Shown: positions 56,847 through 64,000 of the stretch, one piece after another
How positions within the stretch are numbered: the first letter of the stretch is position 1
How the letters are laid out: every line of letters starts with the position of its first letter
NCBI GenBank assembly: GCA_020724905.1
Contig: DYGB01000002.1
Coordinates: 29,425-93,424, forward strand
DNA: 64,000 nucleotides
Reading direction: 5' to 3'
From: Candidatus Paceibacter sp.
GTDB taxonomy: Bacteria; Patescibacteriota; Minisyncoccia; UBA6257; JAGOQP01
The notes under the pieces: model-generated
Database searches by the model: none
Told to the model about the DNA's origin: nothing
Seen by the model: only the letters and a program-made list of their open reading frames with translations
Translations under genes and position numbers: made by a program

Positions 56847-58280
56847 ATGAAAGATAAAAAGAATATGAAATTGTATATTCTTGGTATTGTTCTGATTATA
56901 TCAGCGTTCTTTTTCTTTTACAATTTAGATACGCTTCCTCCTGGACTCTATATTGATGAGGCTATGAATGGACTCGATGCACAATCAGGAGAGTTAAAAG
57001 TAGTGTATCCAGAAAATGGAGGGCGTGAGGGGCTCTTTATTATTCTTCAATCACTTGTTCTTAGTATCGTTGGGATAGTAGAGCCATGGGTACTTCGCAT
57101 GGTGAGTGGCATTATTGGACTAGTGGGTATTGGAGGAATGTTTTTCTTCCTCTCAAGACTCTTCTATCGTATTGAGAAGAAATATCATTACTGGTGGGCT
57201 GGGATAGGGTCTGCGCTACTTGGTATGAGTCTGTGGTATAGCATTCTTTCTCGTGTAGGGTTTCGAGCCCTTCTGTCTTCAACTATTCTTATTTGGACAC
57301 TTGTACTTCTTGAAAAAGCAGTTGATAAAAAACATCCATGGTTATATATCATTGCTGGTGTCATAGGGGGAATAGGGATGTATTCGTATAGTGCATATTA
57401 TATCACTCCTTTTATTTTTCTATTGTATCTGTGGGTAGAAAAACAGATAGCACAAGAATCGTTTAGGTTCTTTATAAAACAGGTGTGGTACTTTGTTTCT
57501 TCTTTTGTTGTGGTGAGTATTCCTCTCTTTATTTCTCTTTCTTCTGTTTCTCGTTTTAATGAAGTATCTGTTTTTTCTCAAGAGAGTCCTTTTCTTCGTA
57601 TTATAGAAAACATTATTAAAACAGGAGGTATGTTGTTTTTTAAGGGAGATATGAATGCACGGCATAATATTCCTGGTCTTGCACAACTCTCTCCCCTTCT
57701 TGGTATCTTTTTTATTGGTATGCTTGTCTACTACATTCTTGCTCGTACAGGAAAAAAGCGATCATTTCTCATTTCATATACTCCGTTTCTTTTCGGATGG
57801 ATTATTCTTGCTTCCCTTCCCGCTCTATTTTCATCAGAGGGACTTCCTCATGCTTTGCGTAGTGTATTGATGCTTATCCCAAGTGTGATACTGAGTGTTT
57901 TTGGAATCTATGTCGTATACACCTTTCTGAAGAAACGATTTTCTTTTCGTACAGTAGTACTTGGAGGAGGGATACTCTTTTTTGTGTTTAGTATCTCTCA
58001 GGGATTTCTCTTGTTTGGTGTGTGGGGAACATCTTCTGATACGTGGAATGCATTTAGTTCTGATGTGTTAGAAACAGCATATGCGATAGAAACGATTGAT
58101 GCCTCTATTCCTGTGTATGTTGTTGTGTATCGAAACCCTGACCAGCTGTACAAAGAAATACCACGTTCTGTAACCCCTCTTGCATTTATGAACCCCAAGA
58201 GAGATATCATATACGTGTATGATGATACTGATATTCCTTCTGGGGCCGCAGTCTTTTATGTTGGAGAGAAGGAATTATAA
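56847..58280 (+). CDS. GT-C fold glycosyltransferase (GT39/ArnT-PMT-like)
   Basis: N-terminal TM then the YIDEAMNG loop motif (DE) and multi-TM topology. Confidence 0.55.
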   Translation: MKDKKNMKLYILGIVLIISAFFFFYNLDTLPPGLYIDEAMNGLDAQSGELKVVYPENGGREGLFIILQSLVLSIVGIVEPWVLRMVSGIIGLVGIGGMFFFLSRLFYRIEKKYHYWWAGIGSALLGMSLWYSILSRVGFRALLSSTILIWTLVLLEKAVDKKHPWLYIIAGVIGGIGMYSYSAYYITPFIFLLYLWVEKQIAQESFRFFIKQVWYFVSSFVVVSIPLFISLSSVSRFNEVSVFSQESPFLRIIENIIKTGGMLFFKGDMNARHNIPGLAQLSPLLGIFFIGMLVYYILARTGKKRSFLISYTPFLFGWIILASLPALFSSEGLPHALRSVLMLIPSVILSVFGIYVVYTFLKKRFSFRTVVLGGGILFFVFSISQGFLLFGVWGTSSDTWNAFSSDVLETAYAIETIDASIPVYVVVYRNPDQLYKEIPRSVTPLAFMNPKRDIIYVYDDTDIPSGAAVFYVGEKEL

Positions 58281-58356
58281 AGGAGCTTTTTGAATTTTTA
58301 GAGAAAATGTTTTAGGCTTAGAGTATCGGTTCATTAATAATATAAGGGGGTTAGCT

Positions 58357-58749
58357 ATGACACTCTCATCAATCAGTGAAAAGATACGAGACTGGTCTTT
58401 TTATAGTCTTATTGGTTTTCTGTTGTGGAGCCTTGTTCTTATTAGCGCACTTCATTCAACAATGATTTCCTTGGTACTGGTCATTGCCAGTTTGTGTGTT
58501 ATAAATCGGTATTTTTCTCATTCATTGCATGGAATGATTATCCGAACAGGCATGGGAACAATTCTCTTCTTTGTTGCATTTATGTATGGTGGTCTTAAGC
58601 AGTTTCCCAAAGACTTTTCTTTACTTCTTATGATGTATGCATTTAGCATACTTATTGCTATCGTGTTTTCCTATATCATCGTAAAACATTCACTTGAAAA
58701 GGATGATGCTACTGATTCAGATCATTCTTCTCCCCCTCTCTTGTATTAA
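58357..58749 (+). CDS. hypothetical membrane protein
   Basis: 130 aa, 4 predicted TM helices, GGGG RBS-like upstream. Confidence 0.45.
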   Translation: MTLSSISEKIRDWSFYSLIGFLLWSLVLISALHSTMISLVLVIASLCVINRYFSHSLHGMIIRTGMGTILFFVAFMYGGLKQFPKDFSLLLMMYAFSILIAIVFSYIIVKHSLEKDDATDSDHSSPPLLY

Positions 58750-58778
58750 AAAGGGAGCTTTTTAAAAGCTCCCTTTTC
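58748..58778. terminator. bidirectional terminator (perfect palindrome AAAAGGGAGCTTTTTAAAAGCTCCCTTTT)
   Basis: GC-clamped stem flanked by A-run and T-run, between convergent genes. Confidence 0.65.
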
Positions 58779-59789
58779 TTATCCATGACGAATGACCATA
58801 ACATCTCCATCCTGTACCACATATTCTTTTCCTTCAATACGGAGCTTTCCTTTTTGTTTTGCGCTTCCCCATCCTCCTGCTGCGACAAAATCATCATAGG
58901 CGACGACTTCAGCACGGATAAATTTGTCTTCAAAATCAGTATGAATGGTACCTGCTGCTTGTGGAGCTTTACTCCCCTTCTCAATTGTCCAGGCACGGGT
59001 TTCATCTTCTCCGGTGGTGAAAAAGCTAATGAGGTTAAGAATAGCATAGGCCTTGGTAATAACATCAGAAATATCAGTGGTGAGAGAAAGATCAAGGATA
59101 ATGTATGTTGCATTGAGTGATGCTATCTTTTCTTTTGTTTCATCAGATACATCTTGCTCTGATCCATTTAAAATAAAGATCTGAGGTTTTGCCGTTAAAA
59201 GATTGAGTTCTTTAAGGGGTTCGGTTTCAAGTTCTTCATGGGTATAGACCATGTATGGCATCGTTTCTTTTTCCAAGACGTCTTTTACATGACGAAGTGC
59301 ATCAAGTTCTTTTTTCTTTGCCTTATCTCCAGTACGTGCTTCTCCTTCTACCTTGTTGAGGCGTTTCTCAACGAGTTCAAGGTCTTTGAGGATAAGTTCA
59401 TGGTTAATGGTATCAATATCACGAGCAGGATGAGGACTTTGTTCAACGTGCGTAATATCACTATTTTCAAAACAGCGTACGACATGTGCTATCGCATGTA
59501 CTTCTTTTATATGAGAAAGAAATTGATTCCCCAGCCCCTGTCCTGTACTTGCTCCTCGTACCAGTCCCGCAATATCATAGAATTCAACAATGGCAGGGAT
59601 AGTTTTTTTAGATTCACTGAGTTGGGTAAGGGTTTGGAGGCGTGAATCAGGGACTTCAACGATCCCTACATTAGGGTCTATTGTTGCAAAGGGATAGTTT
59701 GCGATATGGATATCTTGACGTGTGAGCGACTTAAAGAGTGTTGACTTTCCTACGTTAGGAAGTCCCACAATACCAACAGAGAGTTTCAT
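58779..59789 (-). CDS. ychF: ribosome-binding ATPase YchF (Obg-like)
   Basis: G1 GIVGLPNVGKST, YPFATIDPN, C-terminal TGS domain. Confidence 0.9.
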   Translation of the reverse strand: MKLSVGIVGLPNVGKSTLFKSLTRQDIHIANYPFATIDPNVGIVEVPDSRLQTLTQLSESKKTIPAIVEFYDIAGLVRGASTGQGLGNQFLSHIKEVHAIAHVVRCFENSDITHVEQSPHPARDIDTINHELILKDLELVEKRLNKVEGEARTGDKAKKKELDALRHVKDVLEKETMPYMVYTHEELETEPLKELNLLTAKPQIFILNGSEQDVSDETKEKIASLNATYIILDLSLTTDISDVITKAYAILNLISFFTTGEDETRAWTIEKGSKAPQAAGTIHTDFEDKFIRAEVVAYDDFVAAGGWGSAKQKGKLRIEGKEYVVQDGDVMVIRHG

Positions 59790-59791
59790 AG

Positions 59792-61024
59792 TTATTTATA
59801 TTGAATAGTGAAGAAATGCTTTTTCCCTAGACGCATTGTCCCTTGAGGAAGTTCATCAAATGGTTCCAGGGATTGTTCGTCTGGTTCTATCATACGTATT
59901 CCTCCTTCAAGTGCAAGGCGTTTTATTTCACTCTTGCTGAAGGCAAGATCTTTGCGAGATGCGATAAATTCAATAACGGTTGTTCCTTTTTCTACCTGAT
60001 AGACTGTAACATCAGAAAAATCTTGTTGTGAGAATGTTTTTTCAAATGATTCACGTTCTTTGTGTGCTGTTTGCTCTGATCCTGTTGTGATATAGACAAG
60101 AAACATTCCAAGAATCTTTTTCATTTCAAGAGGATCTTGTTGTATGAGTTCTTGTATCTCTTCTATCTCTGAGGTACGAATATCAGCAAATGAGATGAGG
60201 TATGAGAGAATAAGGGTATCGGGGATAGAAAGAATCTTTCCAAAGATATCTTGTGGTGAGGCATGTAGAGAGATATAGTTTTCTAGACTTTTACTCATTT
60301 TAGCTCCATCTCCATGAATTCCTTCAAGGACAGGGGTAGTCAGAGCAACTTCAGGTGTGAGTCCGTGAAGTTTCATAAGGTCTCGTGCTTGGGCAAAGTT
60401 AAGGAGTTGATCTCGTCCTCCTATTTCAATATCTGGTTTAATCTCAAGAGAGTCTACTCCTTGAGCGTATGCGTAGAGGAGTTCGGCGATACTTAACGGA
60501 TGTCCTGTTTCAATACGTTTTCTAAAGTCATCTCGTTGCAATACTTCTGAGATGGAGATGTGTTGCAGATCAGAGAGAATACTTTCAAAAGAATGTTTTT
60601 TTAACCATTTCTTGTTGTGATGAATTTTTGTCTTTCTCACATTAATAAATGGTCGTATCTGTGAAAGATACGTTTTTTTGTTTTTCTCTATTTCTTTTTC
60701 AGAAAGAAGTGTTCTTTCTGATGTTCTCCCACTTGGGTCTCCAATGCGAGCGGTAAAATCTCCAATAACAAAATGAATGGCATGTCCTGCCCTTTGAAAG
60801 AGCCGTAAGATCATAATAGGAAGAAGATGACCAAGGTGAATATCAGGACCAGTTGGGTCAATACCAAATTTCACTACAAGCTTGTCTTTTTTCAGTGCTT
60901 TTTGAAGTTCTTCTTGAGTGATAACTTGATCTATCTTTGGTGCAAGTACATCGTACAATTCACCAGGTGCAAGTGGTGCTGTGTAACGCTCTTTTAATTC
61001 TGTGAATAGTGTCTCTTTGTTCAT
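59792..61024 (-). CDS. tyrS: tyrosyl-tRNA synthetase
   Basis: HIGH-type HLGHLL, IGDPSGRTSER, KMSKS (GAKMSKS), C-terminal S4-like domain. Confidence 0.85.
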   Translation of the reverse strand: MNKETLFTELKERYTAPLAPGELYDVLAPKIDQVITQEELQKALKKDKLVVKFGIDPTGPDIHLGHLLPIMILRLFQRAGHAIHFVIGDFTARIGDPSGRTSERTLLSEKEIEKNKKTYLSQIRPFINVRKTKIHHNKKWLKKHSFESILSDLQHISISEVLQRDDFRKRIETGHPLSIAELLYAYAQGVDSLEIKPDIEIGGRDQLLNFAQARDLMKLHGLTPEVALTTPVLEGIHGDGAKMSKSLENYISLHASPQDIFGKILSIPDTLILSYLISFADIRTSEIEEIQELIQQDPLEMKKILGMFLVYITTGSEQTAHKERESFEKTFSQQDFSDVTVYQVEKGTTVIEFIASRKDLAFSKSEIKRLALEGGIRMIEPDEQSLEPFDELPQGTMRLGKKHFFTIQYK

Positions 61025-61419
61025 ATAGATGAGAGTGCTTCTTCTATTTCTTGTACCATCATATCAGGAAGTGGTTGTGATGGTTTTGTTTTTCCAGGAT
61101 ATCTCCATGCAGAGATAATGACAATAGTGCTATCTTTTTTTGTTTGGTACATAACCCATATCTCTTGATTCCATGTACGTTTTCCATTCTTTTGTTTATA
61201 TGATGAGGGTTGCATTGCAGCCTGGGTTCCTTCTGCTATTCCCTCCTCTCTTCTGAGGGGTGTTTTTATAACTCGTCGTATTCTACTCTCTGAAAGTTTA
61301 TAGTAATGGATCTTTCCTTGTGCGTGTCGTGTCCATTGATATTTCCTTTGTGAGAGTATGTCAGTTTGAGCCTTCCCCATAACATGTATTATAATATAGC
61401 AGACACTATATGTATACAC
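61021..61419 (-). CDS. hypothetical protein
   Basis: 132-aa ORF overlapping the tyrS start by 4 nt; start uncertain. Confidence 0.35.
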   Translation of the reverse strand: MYTYSVCYIIIHVMGKAQTDILSQRKYQWTRHAQGKIHYYKLSESRIRRVIKTPLRREEGIAEGTQAAMQPSSYKQKNGKRTWNQEIWVMYQTKKDSTIVIISAWRYPGKTKPSQPLPDMMVQEIEEALSSI

Positions 61420-63275
61420 AGAAACGTTTGTTTATCTGGATTTCCTTGGGAATTATCTGTTGTGCTTCCTTTCTTCTTATGTGGAATGCAGCATCTCAGG
61501 AATCTGCCATTGTTGATGAACTCGCTCATATTCCAGCGGGGTACTCATATGTGCATGAACTTGATTATCGTTTAAATCCAGAACACCCCCCTCTTCTCAA
61601 AGCCCTTTCAGGGCTCTTTTTACTTCCTCTCTCTCCTCATTTCCCCACAACGGATACTTCTTGGATTGTGGGGAGTAACGATCAATGGCGGATGGGAATA
61701 CTATTTTTTTCAGAAAATATTTCTGAGATAGATAGTATTCTTCTTACTGCTCGTCTTGTTCCCATGCTCTTTATGTTAGGGCTTATTCTTATGACCTTCT
61801 TTCTTGCTCGAAAGGTTATGGATGAGTTCTGGGCACTGTTCCCTGCTCTCTTTGTTGCTCTGTCCCCACATTTTCTTGCCCATGGACACTATGTGACAAC
61901 TGATGTTCCTTTGGCATTTGGCATTGTCTTTGCTATGTTTTTCTTTCTTATCTATCTTCAGGAACGAACTACAAAACATCTCATCTATGCAGGGATAAGT
62001 CTTGGTATTGCTCTTTTGTTAAAATTCTCTGCACTTATCTTACTTCCTATTTTCCTTATTGGAGGTGGTATCTATATCTTTGCGCATACCCAAAGAGAAT
62101 GGTGGAAGAGTATTGGTTCATGGATACTTTCATTTTTGAAACTAGGAGGTGTTGCATTTCTTGTGATTATGAGTATCTACACCCTCTTTACCATTAACCT
62201 TCCTTTAGAGAAACAATCTCTTGACACTTCCTTTCTTTTAACCCGTTATCTTCAAGATGCTCCGTATTCACGAGGGGTAGGGTGTTTTGGATCACTTCTT
62301 TCCTGTGTTGCAGATCTTACCCAAGAACTTTCTGACATTCCTGTTATTCGTTCTCTTGCGCACTATGTCACAGGCATTCTTATGGTTTCTGAGCGATCAG
62401 CATATGGAAATCCCGTCTATTTCCTTGGAGAGGTAGGGACAGGATGGTGGTATTACTTCCCTGTTGTCTTTCTCTTAAAAGAGCCTCTCCCCCTTATTGT
62501 CGTTATTATCTGGGGACTATGGGTAGGGATGAAAAGATTATTTCAGAATAGAAAGAGACCAGTATCTGAATATATTCTTCTCCATACCCCTGAATTTCTC
62601 ATGATACTGTTTGTGTTGGTCTATGGGTATATGAGTATGCGGAGCGCTCTTAACATTGGATTTCGACACATTCTTCCTGTCCTTCCCTTTGTGTATATTC
62701 TTTCAGTTTCTTCTCTGTATCGAGGATACAAGAAAAAAGAAATATCATATGGATTTGCCTTAACACGGCTCATACGAGAAACAATGGCACGTCTATGGCC
62801 ACAACCTAAAACGATACGTATTATTCTTTTAAGTGTATTGAGTGGAATACTAGTGTTAGAAACACTTCTTGTATCTCCCTATTTCCTTTCATACTTTAAT
62901 GAGTTAGGGGGTGGTGTTTGGAATGGGTGGAAGTATGTTGTTGATTCTAACTATGATTGGGGACAAGATCTTTTGCATCTTAAAACATTTGTTAAAGAGA
63001 ATAATATAAAACAAATTGCTATTGATTATTTTGGGGGTGGATATCCAAGTTTTTATATTGATGAAGCTTCTGTTCCCTGGACATATGAAGGTTCCTCCCC
63101 TGCTGATAGTGGTATTGAATGGTTTGCTGTTTCTGTGCACAACCTTCAGTTGTATCGTCACGGATCACAAAATGGATATGCGTGGCTTTCTTCTATTGAG
63201 TATCCCTATGCACGAGTTGGAACATCACTCTTTGTATTTAGGCTCCCACCTAGTGAAACAAATCTTGACAGATAA
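61410..63275 (+). CDS. GT-C fold glycosyltransferase (GT39/ArnT-PMT-like), 621 aa
   Basis: AIVDELAH...HPPLLKAL N-terminal loop motif typical of the ArnT/PMT family; >10 TM helices. Confidence 0.55.
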   Translation: MYTQKRLFIWISLGIICCASFLLMWNAASQESAIVDELAHIPAGYSYVHELDYRLNPEHPPLLKALSGLFLLPLSPHFPTTDTSWIVGSNDQWRMGILFFSENISEIDSILLTARLVPMLFMLGLILMTFFLARKVMDEFWALFPALFVALSPHFLAHGHYVTTDVPLAFGIVFAMFFFLIYLQERTTKHLIYAGISLGIALLLKFSALILLPIFLIGGGIYIFAHTQREWWKSIGSWILSFLKLGGVAFLVIMSIYTLFTINLPLEKQSLDTSFLLTRYLQDAPYSRGVGCFGSLLSCVADLTQELSDIPVIRSLAHYVTGILMVSERSAYGNPVYFLGEVGTGWWYYFPVVFLLKEPLPLIVVIIWGLWVGMKRLFQNRKRPVSEYILLHTPEFLMILFVLVYGYMSMRSALNIGFRHILPVLPFVYILSVSSLYRGYKKKEISYGFALTRLIRETMARLWPQPKTIRIILLSVLSGILVLETLLVSPYFLSYFNELGGGVWNGWKYVVDSNYDWGQDLLHLKTFVKENNIKQIAIDYFGGGYPSFYIDEASVPWTYEGSSPADSGIEWFAVSVHNLQLYRHGSQNGYAWLSSIEYPYARVGTSLFVFRLPPSETNLDR

Positions 63276-63484
63276 CGTTATATTATACATACCCTAATTA
63301 TATGAAACAGTATTGTCACAACACAATGAATCGAAATACCATCCTTTTCTCAAAAGGCTATTTTTCTGTTGAGACAATCTTTGTAATGAACCTCCTCCCC
63401 TAACTAGTTATAGTATTTCATTGTAAAAACTGTCTCATCAACGAGACAGTTTTTAGTTCATTAACAATTATATGGAGGTGAGTC

Positions 63485-64000
63485 ATGCATGCACCACACA
63501 ACACACCAACTATCTTTCTTGAGGGAAAAAAGACGATCCTTCGTCCCCTTAACAAAGAAACTGATATTCCTTCTCTTGTTACCTGGATCAATGATCCTGA
63601 TATTCGAAGGTTTATCGCAAATTATCTTCCCTTTACTATCTCTATGGAAGAGCAGTGGTTTGAGTCTCGTAGCAAGGATACACATCATCATATTGTCCTA
63701 GGTATCGAAGCACGTGTTGATGATGAGTATGTCTTTATCGGTACCATGGGACTACACAATATTGATTGGAAGCATCGCTTCCTCACCACAGGTGCCATGA
63801 TTGGAGAAAAGAAGTATTGGGGACAAGGCTTTGGAACTGATGCAAAAATGACTATATTAGATTATGTGTTTAATACACTCAATATGCATAAAGTATGTTC
63901 TGATGTTATCTCCTACAATAAACGAAGTCTCAACTATTCACTACACTGTGGGTACAACGTTGAGGGAGTTCGAAAAAAACATTTTTTCCAACAGGGAAGA
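63485..64000 (+). CDS. GNAT-family N-acetyltransferase (RimJ/RimL-like), 3' end outside window
   Basis: GGAGG RBS 5 nt upstream of ATG 63485; ...KKYWGQGFGTDA...LHCGYNVEGVRK motifs; frame open to the window end, so absent from the ORF track. Confidence 0.65.
   Translation, partial: MHAPHNTPTIFLEGKKTILRPLNKETDIPSLVTWINDPDIRRFIANYLPFTISMEEQWFESRSKDTHHHIVLGIEARVDDEYVFIGTMGLHNIDWKHRFLTTGAMIGEKKYWGQGFGTDAKMTILDYVFNTLNMHKVCSDVISYNKRSLNYSLHCGYNVEGVRKKHFFQQGR

Noticed and set aside
1-64000. Alternative genetic code (UGA or UAG reassignment)
   Set aside because: Long housekeeping genes (nrdA 896 aa, ATPases, typA, gltX) are intact under the standard code. The only in-frame stop noticed is the single TAG in prfB.
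1-64000. CRISPR arrays, rRNA genes, transposase/integrase genes
   Set aside because: No regularly spaced direct repeats and no rRNA-like conserved stretches were seen. No ORF shows recombinase (R...HxxR...Y or serine-recombinase) or DDE transposase motifs. The islands appear to lack their integrase.

Overview
The window is AT-rich, compactly coded bacterial DNA with the gene content of a small-genome (CPR/Patescibacteria-like) lineage; the lineage assignment is an inference.

Core housekeeping genes span 1-33.4 kb and 49.7-64 kb: dcw genes mraY-ftsW-murG, gltX, an EnvC-like M23 peptidase, rpmA/rplI, ctpA, def-fmt, nrdAB, DNA-repair glycosylases, typA, a DEAD-box helicase, truB, ftsEX, prfB, ychF, tyrS, and two GT-C glycosyltransferases. 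A six-gene copper-homeostasis operon sits at 28.9-33.0 kb with its own operator: csoR, a Met-rich protein, DUF411, two membrane proteins and a CopB-type ATPase.

Between them, ~33.4-49.6 kb is a minus-strand-dominated accessory block. It ends at a tRNA-Gln(CUG) and is punctuated by two degenerate copies of that tRNA's 3' end, so it looks like tandem genomic islands. The island next to the tRNA carries a restriction-modification system whose cytosine-5 methyltransferase is fused in-frame to a complete LexA repressor (wHTH, Ala-Gly cleavage site, Ser/Lys S24 dyad), convergent with a PD-(D/E)xK endonuclease. This is the most striking candidate for a new, SOS-coupled defence system.

Other notable items are a TruB-acylphosphatase fusion, a prfB that lacks the canonical +1 frameshift site and carries an in-frame TAG at a conserved Trp codon, an orphan TraD/VirD4-like ATPase, and an amidohydrolase sitting in the murD slot of the dcw cluster. 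No CRISPR array or rRNA was seen. Two tRNAs, Gln and Thr, are present on the minus strand.
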